A stretch of DNA of 26,794 bases from Chiloscyllium plagiosum. Taxonomy: Eukaryota. The notes under the pieces are model-generated. The model saw only the letters and a program-made list of their open reading frames with translations. It was not told where the DNA came from and ran no database searches. A program made the translations under genes and the position numbers. Of the stretch, positions 11,030 to 21,991 are shown in pieces; the first letter of the stretch is position 1, and each line of letters opens with the position of its first letter. The stretch spans positions 602,432-629,225 of the forward strand of contig NC_057760.1 of assembly GCF_004010195.1 (NCBI RefSeq), written 5' to 3'.

Positions 11030-11470
11030 ATCAATATCGATGACTTGGGAATATCATTGTCCTCTTCATTCTGAACAGTCACATCCCTCAGTCCTCTCTG
11101 TTTTCTGTCTCTTAACCAATGTCACATCCACGTTCCCACTCCCCTTCTAACTGAACTCCAGTAAATGACACTTGATCACATTTTGTCAATTTGTAGATAA
11201 CCCTCGCTGATTCTGGGTTAAGGATATGAACTGTGTTTGTCAAATACCATTCTCTATTAACACATCCATACAGTTGGTCTGTCATAAGTCCACGTTTTCT
11301 TCGGCACAAATTATCTACACATTATGAGCTTTGAAAGTTTCTTCAATGTTTCACTGATATTACAATGACTGGCGAGTAGTTCCTTTTATGAACAGATGAA
11401 TGTTTATTACTCTGCCATCCTCTGGTACTACTCCCATATCCAAGGTAGATTGAACGATTATGCACAATCA
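11030..11470 (-). mobile_element. Ancient, heavily decayed CR1 RT-domain fragment
   Basis: Minus-strand remnants NYSPV (cf. NYRPVSL), WLRDRKQR and DIPKSSIL (cf. GVPQGSVL), in the expected order. Confidence 0.6.
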
Positions 11471-11579
11471 CTTTATGTTTTACAACATTGCTTCCCTTAG
11501 AGACCCTCACATATCCCATCCATAGATTCACACAACGCAGAAAAGGCCCTTTGGCCTATCGAGTCTGCACTGAGGGGGA

Positions 11580-11832
11580 TGATTTACAAAGGATCTAAAG
11601 GCTAACTTTTTCACACAGAGGGTGGTGCGTGTATGGAATGAGCTGCCAGAGGAAGTGGTGGAGGCTGGTACAATGACAACATTTAAGAGGCATCTAGATG
11701 GGTGTATGAATAGGAAGAGTTTGGAGGGATATGGACAGGGTGCTGGCAAATGGGACGAGATTAATTTAGGATATCTGGTCAGCATGGACTAGTTGCACCA
11801 AAGGGTTTGTATCCGTGCTGTACAGCTCTATA
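11580..11832 (+). mobile_element. CR1 3' fragment
   Basis: NFFTQRVVRVWNELPEEVVEAG-type sequence plus tail. Confidence 0.9.
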
Positions 11833-11835
11833 ACT

Positions 11836-12008
11836 TGCTAAAAACTAAATTGACTTGTAGTGTCCAGGGATGTGTGTGCTAGGTGGAATAGCCATGGGAA
11901 ATGCAGGGTTACATGTTAGGGTACAGAGGTGGCTCTGGGTGGGATGCTTTTCAGACAGTCGGTATGGGTCAAGTGGCCTGCTTCCACACTGCAGGGATTC
12001 TGTGACTA
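11836..12008 (+). mobile_element. HE1-like SINE 3' part
   Basis: GCCATGGGAAATGCAGGGTTAC..GGGTGGGATGCT..TTCCACACTG.AGGGATTCT, shared with 24040-24236. Confidence 0.65.
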
Positions 12009-12278
12009 CTACAGCCTCGTCTACCTATCGGCCATCTTCAGGAAACTGTAGATGTCCACACCAAGGTTCCTCTACCCCTCAGTTTCACTCAGTCTTATGG
12101 AGTGATGTTAAAGGAGTGTCGAGAGATGGAGAGGGAGGTAAAATTTGAGGAATTGCAGAGCTGAGGGCCTCAAGCAGCTGAAGGCAAAGGCTGCAATGGC
12201 AAAGCACTAGGAATTGGGGAGCATGTGCTCAAGGGACCAGTAGAGACACTAGATTTATCAGAGATTGGCTCAGTTTTT

Positions 12279-12284
12279 TTTATT
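12279..12284 (-). terminator. MRPS21: Probable MRPS21 polyadenylation signal AATAAA
   Basis: TTTATT on plus, ~190 nt downstream of the stop codon, at the edge of unique 3' UTR-like sequence. Confidence 0.55.
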
Positions 12285-12470
12285 ATTGAGAATGCCGGTC
12301 CCTCCACCCACACTGGGCTGCAGCACCTAATTAACAGCAAATTGACATAGTCACTGAACCAGAGTCCACTCGGTGACCCCTTTCTTCAAGATAGCCGCCA
12401 GTCAAAGACTTATCCAAAAGGGAGGGTCTCTCTCTCTCTCTTAAGTTATCCCACGGCACTGCGTGGACGA

Positions 12471-12651
12471 CTAACAGCCCAGCCAAGGGTCCTGACGGTT
12501 CTTCTTCATCAGGAAGGTCAGCTTCCTGGCCATCTCCATGTTGTAGATGCGTCGGCAGGTCTCATAATTCTCTCGGATGCGTTTCCGGCAAGGCTTCTCA
12601 TAGTAGCGTCGCCTCTTCGCTTCGTCAATGATCCCGTCTGTGGTTAGGATC
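12471..12651 (-). CDS. MRPS21: MRPS21 coding exon 2 ([21 protein letters not shown]...DPWLGC*)
   Basis: Contains the bS21-family motif RRYYEKP and the C-terminal [11 protein letters not shown]...DPW.GC. The acceptor CCTAG|G is phase-compatible with exon 1. 83+181=264 nt = 87 aa + stop, matching human length. Confidence 0.97.
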
Positions 12652-12788
12652 CTAGGCAGAGAGGCAAGTGCAGGGGGAACAGTTAGCTTCCTCGCTGCTG
12701 CTATAAAAATCAAAAACCCCTCCACCCCCGAGTCACCCATCCACACCCTTTCACCCAGGTCCACACAGTTCACATGGACGTTCCAGTG

Positions 12789-12915
12789 AGTTTAGAGGAG
12801 ATTTGTAGCTCAGGTTGAGGTTTTGGATGTAGGTTTGCTCACTGAGCTGGAAGGTTCATTTCCAAACATTTCATTACCATACTAGGTAACATCTTCAGCG
12901 AGCAAACCTACATCC
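12789..12915 (-). mobile_element. 127-bp PLE-derived insertion with 13-bp TSD in the MRPS21 intron
   Basis: TSD GGACGTTCCAGTG at 12776-12788 and 12916-12928. Internal inverted repeat at 12825-12845 / 12895-12915. CUGAAGA-stem-GAAA core at 12864-12898. Confidence 0.7.
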
Positions 12916-12919
12916 GGAC

Positions 12920-13535
12920 GTTCCAGTGCTTGCACTGAGGGAGCGGGCACTGTCGGAGGGTCAGTGCTGAGGGAGTGGGCACTGTCGGAGGGTCAGCGCT
13001 GAGGGGGCGGGGACTGTCGGAGGGTCAGTGCTGAGGGAGTAGGCACTGTCGGAGGGTCAGTGCTGAGGGAGCGGGCGCTGTCGGAGGGTTGGCGCCGAGG
13101 GAGCGGGGACTGTCGGAGGGTCAGCGCTGAGGGAGCAGGCGCTGTTGATGGGTTATCGTTGGGGGAGCAGGTGCTGTCAGTGTGTCAGTGCTGAGGGAAC
13201 ACCACGAAGCTATAGTTCCGTCTTTTACAAACTGTTAAACTGAAGTTCTGTCTCCCTCTCAAGTCTCCCTCCCACTCCACAGCCAATACTGTAAGAAGAC
13301 TGGGGTAAGTGGACAGGGATTTGGGGAGTGGAGCAATGTTGGGTTGGAGTGGAGGAGAACATTATTCTCTCTCTGGCATCATGGCCCAATATTTATCTCT
13401 CAATTAATGTCACTAAAAACAGACAAACTAGCTCATTATCCCATTGCTATTTGTGCAAGCTTGCTATGTGCAAATCAGCCACTGCATTTTCTATGGAAAA
13501 GCAGTGACTACAATTCAAAGTATTTCATGGGCTGA
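12920..13535 (+). mobile_element. Deu-domain SINE (SacSINE1-like) with internal 33-bp minisatellite (~12934-13198)
   Basis: After the array: CCGTCTTT..GTTAAAC, CCAATATTTATC..CACTAAAAACAGA..CATTGCTATTTGTG.AAGCTTGCTATGTGCAAAT..CAGTGACTACA, matching my recollection of the Deu-SINE body. Confidence 0.65.
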
Positions 13536-13811
13536 CTTGACATAGCGGCCTCCCAAACTAGAGAAACACAAATCATTTTTCTTTATACAGTGAGGTTGTA
13601 AAGGCAGACACATGGGTGATTCAAGGACTGCAGTTGACAATTTTAAAAGTTAGAGGTCTCCCATTCAAGCTGGAGATGAGGAGGCATTTCTTCTCTCGCA
13701 AGTTGATGGATTTGTTTTGTCTGAAACAGCAGTGGGGGCTGTGTCATTGCACAGATTTGAGGAATGGTTAGGTAGATTTTTGACTGGGTTGGGGGGGGGG
13801 GGGGGGGGAGG

Positions 13812-14025
13812 AATAACCAAAGAACTGTAGATGCTGAAAATCAGAAACGAAAACAGAAAATGCTGGAAAACCTCAGCAGGTCTGGCAATATCTGTGGATA
13901 GAATGTAGGGTTAACATTTTGGATCCAGACTCCTCTGAAAAGGAGTCACTGGACCCGAAACATTGATTCTGCTTTCTGAGCACAGATGCTACCAGTTTTT
14001 CCTGCAATCTCTGATTTTGTTTTTA
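13812..14025. mobile_element. Short palindromic PLE-derived element inside an old CR1 tail (~13640-14115)
   Basis: AAAACAGAAAATGCTGGAAAA..TCTGTG pairs with CACAGAT..TTTTTCCTGCAATCTCTGATTTT. Decayed core CTGAAAA..GGACCCGAAACATT. Confidence 0.55.
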
Positions 14026-14514
14026 ATTAAGGGAGTCAGGGGTTATTGGGGAGAGGAAAGTGGGAGGTGAGGGAACGAGAGAACAGGCTCAAGAGGCCTA
14101 TTCCTGCTTCCTATGATCACTAATAGCAAAATAAACATGAGAAAGAGCGAGAGAGTGAGTAAATGTTGATGTACAACATGGAAAACAGCCAAATACACGG
14201 GTTTGGTCTGTACACGGAGCAACATTCATGTGCCTTAAGCCATCACCAACGGCTCATGACAGTGAGCATCCAGTGAAATGTTGACTGCGACGTAAATTCA
14301 AACTGTGGGCAAGCCAGCATCTGACGGAGCTTATTTACTCTGTTCAGAGAGACACAAGTCACCAACAATCCAGAAACGAGGCAGACAGCAAACACTGAAA
14401 TCTCAGGCAGCACTAGTCTTCGGCGAGGGAATCAGTGTGTGGTGTAGGAGGAGAAATGTCTGCACACAGATATAATGCACAAGTGGCCAGAATTGGATGG
14501 ATGCAGAGATTTGG

Positions 14515-14850
14515 GGGGAGGGGAGAGGTGACAGAGATAGGGAGGGGGTGTAGGGGATGGAGGGGGTGACAGAGATAGGGAGGAGGTGTAGGGGATGGAG
14601 GGGGTGACAGAGATAGGGAGGACGTGTAGGGGGCTGGAGANNNNNNNNNNNNNNNNNNNNNNNNNNNNNNNNNNNNNNNNNNNNNNNNNNNNNNNNNNNN
14701 NNNNNNNNNNNNNNNNNNNNNNNNNNNNNNNNNNNNNNNNNNNNNNNNNNNNNNNNNNNNNNNNNNNNNNNNNNNNNNNNNNNNNNNNNNNNNNNNNNNG
14801 GTGTAGGGGCTGGAGGGGGTGACAGAGATAGGGAGGGGGGTAGGGGGACA
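14515..14850 (+). repeat. G-rich 38-bp minisatellite spanning a gap
   Basis: Unit GAGATAGGGAGGGGGTGTAGGGGCTGGAGG(A/G)GGTGACA. Further arrays at ~17085-17235 and ~17905-18060. Confidence 0.9.
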
Positions 14851-14956
14851 CACACAGAGGAACACTCCAGTTGTGTGACGCCCCCCGTGGCGGAATAGCT
14901 CCTTTCCCTCTTCCCCCCCCCGTTACTTCCTACCCCACAGGGGAACCCGCCCTCAC

Positions 14957-15039
14957 CGGGTCAGGGTCCTGTAAGCCGCATCCACGTCGCCGCCCTGAAC
15001 CATCACCGTCCGCGCCACGAAGCGAGCGTGAGCCGCCAT
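14957..15039 (-). CDS. MRPS21: MRPS21 coding exon 1 (MAAHARFVARTVMVQGGDVDAAYRTLTR)
   Basis: Hand translation of the minus strand from ATG 15039 resembles the vertebrate MRPS21 N-terminus (human [28 protein letters not shown]). The exon is 83 nt and ends at a phase-2 donor CG|GTGAGG. It is missed by the ORF track. Confidence 0.96.
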
Positions 15040-15200
15040 CTTCGGGGGGGGGAAGGGAACCCGACCGGAAGTCGTGGCGGGGGACGGGCCAATGGGACGG
15101 ACCGTTGACATTTAATGGCGCCCTGCCAAACCGCTCCCCCCGCGCCCTGGCAACCCCGATCCCCGCGCGGAGGTTCCGCGTCCCAATAAGTTCCTTCTCC
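15030..15200 (-). promoter_or_regulatory. MRPS21 CpG-rich promoter: YY1/TISU at the start codon, ETS/GABP site, CCAAT box
   Basis: GAAGATGGCGGC (minus, 15032-15043), CCGGAAGT (15065-15072), CCAAT (15089-15093). CpG density is high over ~14870-15190. Confidence 0.8.
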
Positions 15201-15794
15201 ACTAACCACTGCTCCATGGGACAACTTGTTCCATTTCAGTGTGCACCCAAAATTGTGTTTGCATGCTCATTTATCTCCATTTCGTTAATTTATTTGGAAG
15301 CATGTTTACAAGGAAAATGATTCAGCGTCTGGAGACTGGGATTCCAAATCACTTTTTTCTCCTCTCATTTTGATTTTCCTTTTCTGCCCAATCCCAGAAT
15401 GAAATAACCACTTAAACTTACATCTTGTACTCCTCAAAGTTGAGCTCCCAATTATTTCTGATGCTTTTCCACTGTCAGAAAATAAGAATGAGGCTATTCG
15501 GCCCCTCGAGGCTATCAGCATAGGGCCCCCAAGAGGTGGTTGTGGAGGCGGAACAGGCTTGAGAATTGAGAAGCGTATGGATGGGATAGGCATGGAGGGA
15601 TATGGTCCAAATGGAGGCAAATGGGACCAGACTAACTGTGATAACTGGATGGCATGGACAGGTTGGGCTGAAGGGCCTGCTGTTGACCTCCATGACTCTG
15701 TGCTCATGGCCTCAATCCCACATTCCAGTCTGTCCACTCCCCATCACCTCCATCAGAAATCTAACTCAGCCTCGAATATACGCAGTGACCCAGT

Positions 15795-16565
15795 GGGAGC
15801 ACCGCACTGTCGGAGAGTCAGCACTGCACTGTCGAGAGCCAGTACTGAAGGAGCAGGCACTGTTGGAGGGTCAGTGCTGAGGGAGCGGGCACTGTCGGAG
15901 GGTCAGTGCTGAGGGAGCGGGCGCTGTCGGAGGGTCAGTGCTGCGGGAGCGGGCACTGTCGAAGAGTCAATGCTGAGGGAGTGGGCACTGTCGGTGGGTC
16001 AGTGCTGAGGGAGCGGGCACTGTCGAAGGGTCACTGCTGAGGGAGTGGGCACTGTCAGAGGGTCAGTGCTGAGGGAGCGGCCACTGTCGAAGGATCAATG
16101 CTGAGGGAGCAGGCACTGTCGAAGGGTCAATGCTGAGGGAGAGGGCATTGTCGGGGAGTCAGTGCTGAGAGAGTGGGAACTGTCAGAGGGTCAGTGTGCG
16201 GGAGTGGTGCAATGTTGGAGGATCAGCGCTAATGGAGTGCTGCACTGTCGAGAGTCAGTACTGAGGGAGCAGGCACTGTCGAAGGGTCATTGCTGAAAAG
16301 TTGGGCACTGTTGGAGGGTCAATGTTGAGGGAGTTCCACACTGTCAGAAGGTCAGCATTTGGGGAGTTGAGTCCGAGACTCTGTTGTCCCTGATATCCTC
16401 GATCAACATTTTCCTGTCAATAGACATCAGTTGATCCAGTCACAACCATTGCTTGTGGGATCTTGCTGTGTATGAGCTGCCTGCCACGTGACAGTGATGG
16501 CTACCCTTTGACTAAGTACTTGACGTGGCTATAAAGGATTTTGGGAAGTCATTAAAGGGAACGCT
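15795..16565 (+). repeat. 33-bp minisatellite (~15795-16360) followed by a decayed Deu-SINE-like body
   Basis: Unit GTGCTGAGGGAGCGGGCACTGTCGGAGGGTCA-like (32-33 bp), then CATTGCTTGTGGGATCTTGCTGTG..AAGTACT. Confidence 0.8.
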
Positions 16566-18974
16566 GACTTCCCTGGGACTTGTCCTGGCTTCCCTTGGAA
16601 ACCAGACAATTCACTCAATCTCAGGAGAGACAGAGTGCGGTCCCATCCATGCCTTGGCCTACACAGCCCTGTCATTCATTCACCCACTCCATCTCAGACA
16701 GGTGTGTGTGTGTGTGACTCACAACTCAGTCATTCACAGGTTAACCCACACACTCACAGACCAATCGTCACCAACCAAAGTCGAGCAGCAACAGTCAGAC
16801 TAGACTCTAAATGAACACCCATCCTTGAGGCCTGGCCTTGGTCTCTCTCCCACCCCTCAAGCCCTTCGAATTTCCGGTGCCTCTTGCAGGCCGAGTGGTA
16901 ATCCTCTAGGGGAACTATCAATGCACTGTGGGAGGGGGGCACCATTACTGGGTCACATTCTGTCCTCCAGGCCTAACTCAAGGGTTATGGGGATGCCATT
17001 TAGCGTAACATTTGGAAAGGTAACTAGCGGTATTACTACCCTGGAGAGGAGAGCATTAAACAAGGGGGCATCAGGAGGTGGCAGGGAGGAGGTGTAGGGG
17101 CTGGAGGAGGGGACAGAGATAGGGAGGGGGTGTAGGGGGCTGGAGAGGGTGACAGAGATAGGGAGGGGGTGTAGGGGCTGGAGGGGGTTACAGAAATAGG
17201 GAGGGGGTGTTAGGGCTGTAGGAGGTTACAGAGGTCAATACAGAATGGGTGAAATTATTTGACAACCATTCTGATCTGCCGATGGTAACCCTGGAGGGTC
17301 AGGACGGGAGGTTTGTGTGTACCTGCAATGACAATGGTGGTGTAATCTGGGAACACAATCCCTCCCTCCTGCCCTGATAATGAAAGAGGATGCAGACAGA
17401 TTACAAGCACAGGCTTCAAGGGACTCTTATGGGGCAGTGATGTTGTCCCCAACTGTGAGACAGAAGAGCTCCATGACCAACCTGCTTCTGATGTGCGTAA
17501 CAATATATTCCTTAAAATTCATGCTAATATTTCTAAAAGTCTGCAAAGTGCTGGTTCTATCTATTGGCTGTCAGCTCTGAAACCTCCCGAAATCCCATTT
17601 CGATCGGCCAACAAAACAAGGCCTCCCCCTATTAAGTGAGGCAAGAAACTATTTAAATTTGTAAATGGCACTCTGGTAGAACCAGCTAGGGGCGTTCAGA
17701 ATCAGGAAGGGGCTGTTGGTTGGATTGAATCAATGAGGGAGGAAAGTGTTCCCAGGGACATGAGGGTTGGTCATCAGGGGGACATGGATTAGAATAATTG
17801 AGATGTACAGCTCAGAAACAGACCCTTCGGTCCAACTCGTCCATGCCGACCAGATATCCTGAACTAATCTAGTCCCATTTGCCAGCATTTGTCCCATGTC
17901 CCTGGAGAGGCTGGAGGGGCTGGAGGAGGTGACAGATAGGGAGGGGGTGTAGGGGCTGGAGGAGGTGATAGAGATAGGGAGGGGGTGTAGGGGCTGGAGG
18001 GGGTGACAGGGATAGGGAAGGGGTGTAGGAGCTGGAGGAGGTGACGGAGATAGGGAAGGAGTTGGGGTCCATAGACAGATGGAAAGAGGTGTTCGTGTAG
18101 GTTAGCAGCCAATGAGGTGAATGAGACCCCGTGTGGGGGTGGGAGCAGAGCAGATGGGGGGATGGGGTTGGATGAACTCAGCTACCAGGAGAACGCTGCT
18201 GTTGGTGAAGACTGGGGAGCATCAAACACTTAGAAGGCCCAAACAGAGCGTGCATAGTTGCCTCGGCCAAGAGCCCCCTAACCCACGCCCCCTCACCAAC
18301 ACCGTGACCCCCACCCACCACACACACACACACACACAACAGGAAAACCAGAGGAGGAAACAGCAGGGGGTGGTGGGCCAAGGTTCACCTGAATTCCCTC
18401 ATCCCAGGGCAAAATCCCTCTCTCAACGCCAAATACAAACCCAGAATTACTGTGGGATCCTGCTGTGCTCAAAACATTCCCTGGGCTTTCTGGCAAAGCC
18501 CCATTTTTATTGAATTCATTCACTTCCATCCAGACTGTTAAGAGCATTAGCGCAAAGCCTTCTCTGTGAAACGCGTTTTAAGACTCCGAAATATTTTAAT
18601 TGCAAGCACGCAGCAGAGTCTGGCCAGTGAGTGACCGAGCCAAGGCACAGCGGGAACGTACATTTAACTAGCACCTCTGCCCACACCGATACGACTACCC
18701 CCCCCCACCCCCCCAGAGTTAACCAGCCAGCGAAGTACAATTCTGAAGTGCAGCCCCCATTGAAATATTGGGAATACAGGACTCCTTCCTCAAAGCAAGC
18801 CCTCACACATTCAGAAGTGATATCACAAGGCATATTCACGTGTTTTCAATTATGTTCTTTGAGGATTCTCAGGTGAGGATATTGGCGTAGGATCCACTTC
18901 ACCCCTCTCTGTGTCGTGAGATCACAAACTGAAAGGACAGGACAGACTACTATTTGTTTTCTATGCAAGAAAAC

Positions 18975-21570
18975 AGCACTTCTGACAGTGCGGCGCTCCC
19001 TCAGTACTGACCCTCCGACAGTGCGGCGCTACTTCAGTACTTACCCACTGACAGTGCAGCGCTCTCTCAATACTGATCCTCCGACAGTGCCCACTCCCTC
19101 AGTACTGACCCTCCGACAGTGCGGCCCTCCCTCAGTACTGACCCTCCGACAGTGCGGCGCTCCCTCAGCACTTATCCTCCAACAATGCGCCGCTCCCTCA
19201 GCACTGACCCTCCAACAGTGCGGACCTCCCTCAGCACTGACCTTCCCACAGTGTAGCACTCCCTCAGCACTGACCCTCCAACAATGCACCGCTCCCTCAG
19301 CACTGACCCACTGACAGTGCGGTGCTCCCTCAGCACTGACCCTCTGACAGTGCAGCACTCCCTCAGTACTGACCCGCTGACAGTGCGGCGCTCTCTCAGC
19401 ACTGACCCTCCAACAATGCAGAGCTCCCTCAGCACTGACCCACTGACAGTGCGGCACTCCCTCAGTACTGACCCTACAACAATGCAGAGCTCCCTCAGCA
19501 CTGACCCACTGACAGTGTGGCACTCCCTCAGCACTGACCCTCCGACAGTGCAGCACTCCCTCAGCACTGACCCTCCCACAGTGCAGCGCTCCCTCAGTAC
19601 TGACCCTCCGACAGTGCGGCGCTCCCTCAGCACTGACCCTCCAACAATGCGGTGCTCCCTCAGCACTGACCCACTGACAGTGCAGCACTCCCTCAGCACT
19701 GACCTTCCGAAAGTGCAGCACTCCCTCAGCACTGACCCTCCAACAATGTGGGACACCCTCAGCCCTGACCCTCCGACAGTGCGGCACTCCCTCAGCACTG
19801 ACCCACTGACAGTGTGGCGCTCCCTCAGTACTGACCCTCCAACAATGCGGCACTCCCTCAGTACTGACCCTCCCACAGTGCAGCACTCCCTCAGCACTGA
19901 CCCACTGACAGTGCGGCGTTCTCTCAGTACTGACCCTCCAACAGTGCAGCGCTCCCTCAGTACTGACCCTCTGACAATGCGGCACTCCCTCAGTACTGAC
20001 CCCCCCACAGTGTGGCACTCCCTCAGCACTGACCCACTGACAGTGCAGTGCTCCCTCAGCACTGACCCTCCGACAGTGCGGCACTCCCTCAGCACTGACC
20101 CTCCAACAGTGCGGCGCTCCCCCAGCACTGACCCTACAACAATGCGGCGCTCCCTCAGCACTGACCCTCCGACAGTGCGGCACTCCCTCAGCACTGACCC
20201 TCCAACAATGCGGTGCTCCCTCAGCACTGACCCACTGACAGTGCAGCACTCCCTCAGCACTGACCTTCCGAAAGTGCAGCACTCCCTCAGCACTGACCCT
20301 CCAACAATGTGGGACACCCTCAGCACTGACCCTCCGACAGTGCGGCACTCCCTCAGCACTGACCCTCCGTCAGTGTGGCGCTCCCTCAGTACTGACCCTC
20401 CAACAATGCGGCACTCCCTCAGTACTGACCCTCCCACAGTGCAGCACTCCCTCAGCACTGACCCCCCCACAGTGTGGCACTCCCTCAGCACTGACCCTCT
20501 GACAGTGCAGCGCTCCCTCAGTACTGACCCTCTGACAGTGCGGTGCTCCCTCAGCACTGACCCACTGACAGTGCAGCGCTCCCTCAGCACTGACCCTCCG
20601 ACAGTGCGGCGCTCCCTCAGCAATGACCCACTGACAGTGCAGTGCTCCCTCAGCACTGACCCTCTGACAGTGCGGCACTCCCTCAGCACTGACCCTACAA
20701 CAATGCGGCGCTCCCTCAGCACTGACCCTCCGACAGTGCAGCACTCACTCAGCACTGACCCTCTGACAGTGCGGCACTCCCTCAGCACTGACCCTCCCAC
20801 AGTGCGACACTCTCTCAGTACTGACCCTCCCACAGTGTGGCACTCCCTCAGCACTGAACCTCCGACAGTGCAGCGCTCCGTCAGTACTGACCCTCTGACA
20901 GTGCGGCGCTCCCTCAGCACTGACCCTCCAACAATGCGGTGCTCCCTCAGCACTGACCCACTGACAGTGCAGCACTCCCTCAGCACTGACCTTTCGAAAG
21001 TGCAGCACTCCCTCAGCACTGACCCTCCAACAATGTGGGACAGCCTCAGCACTGACCCTCCGACAGTGCGGCACTCCCTCAGCACTGACCCTCCGACAGT
21101 GTGGCGCTCCCTCAGTACTGACCCTCCAACAATGCGGCACTCCCTCATACTGACCCTCCCACAGTGCAGCACTCCTTCAGCACTGACCCACTGACAGTGC
21201 GGCGCTCCCTCAGTACTGACCCTCCAACAGTGCGGCGCTCCCTCAGTACTGACCCTCCAACAGAGCGGCGCTCCCTCAGTACTGACCCTCCGACAGTGCG
21301 GCACTCCCTCAGCACTGACCCACTGACAGTGCGGCATTCCCTCAGTACTGACCCTCCATAGTGCCCACTCCCTCAGCACTGACCCACTGACAGTGCGGTG
21401 CTCCCTCAGTACTGACCCTCCGAAGTGCCTACTCCCTCAGCACTGACCCACTGACAGTGCAGCGCTCCCTCAGCACTGACCCACTGACAGTGCCTGCTCC
21501 CTCAGCCCTGAACCTCTGACAGTGCCCGTTCCCTCAGCCCTGAAACTCCAACAGTGCCCGCTTCCTCAGT
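18975..21570 (-). repeat. Large 33-bp minisatellite array (~2.6 kb)
   Basis: Unit CTCCCTCAGCACTGACCCTCCGACAGTGCGGCG with variants; reverse orientation relative to the 12934, 15795 and 25858 arrays. Confidence 0.97.
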
Positions 21571-21906
21571 AACCTCCTGACTGCCGCAGTCAGCTTGAAT
21601 CAGGGGGGTCTCTAACAGAGCTGCCTCTGTGTGAGATTCTCGTTTAAAACCGAAATCCATTGAGCAGCGGACGAGGGAGGACAGGTTCAGCAAGGTATGG
21701 TCTTCATAGGCAGCAGAAGCAACTTCCACCTTAACCAGGGCTGCTCCACCTTAACATGGTTGGATTAGCAAGTGGGCATGGTTCTGGAAAGAGGCTTGAA
21801 ATCCAGTTGGAGCTGGCAAATCCTCAGTATCTCCTCGGCAAGCTGTAATCTCTGCAAACGTTCAGGTTCTCTCTCAGTTTGGGGCACCAGTCAACTTCCA
21901 GAAGGG

Positions 21907-21991
21907 ATGGAGTCGGCTGTCAGAGCGTTAGGAGTCTGGAGTTTGTTTCTGTGGCTCGGAGGACGTTTTCAGACCATTGCAGAGAGTGGAG
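21907..21991 (+). CDS. CA14: Alpha-carbonic anhydrase (probably CA14) coding exon 1, signal peptide MESAVRALGVWSLFLWLGGRFQTIAESG
   Basis: Kozak gggATGg, a hydrophobic signal-like peptide, and a phase-1 donor G|GTGAGG that joins in frame to the micro-exon at 24970. Confidence 0.75.

Noticed and set aside
11030..11530. AT-rich apparently unique region as a novel gene or viral insert
   Set aside because: Contains ordered remnants of CR1 RT motifs with frameshifts and stops.
12652..12773. N-terminal part of the 100-aa ORF 12471..12773
   Set aside because: Intronic read-through upstream of the acceptor; the true N-terminus is in the exon at 14957-15039.
14871..15320. 149-aa plus-strand Pro/Gly/Arg-rich ORF and overlapping minus ORFs
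   Set aside because: GC-rich promoter and antisense frames over MRPS21 exon 1, with no recognisable homology.
17380..17580. Hydrophobic ORF as an alternative CA signal-peptide exon
   Set aside because: No convincing in-phase donor before its stop; 21907-21991 fits better.
18837..18878. CACGTG plus strong donor CAG|GTGAGG as CA coding exon 1
   Set aside because: The phase-1 frame has a TGA just upstream of the donor. It could only be non-coding, and there is no further support.
19041..21379. Long ORFs of 435, 636 and 735 aa with 11-aa periodicity
   Set aside because: A 33-bp unit is a multiple of 3, so several frames on both strands stay open. There is no unique domain or gene context; this is a minisatellite artefact.
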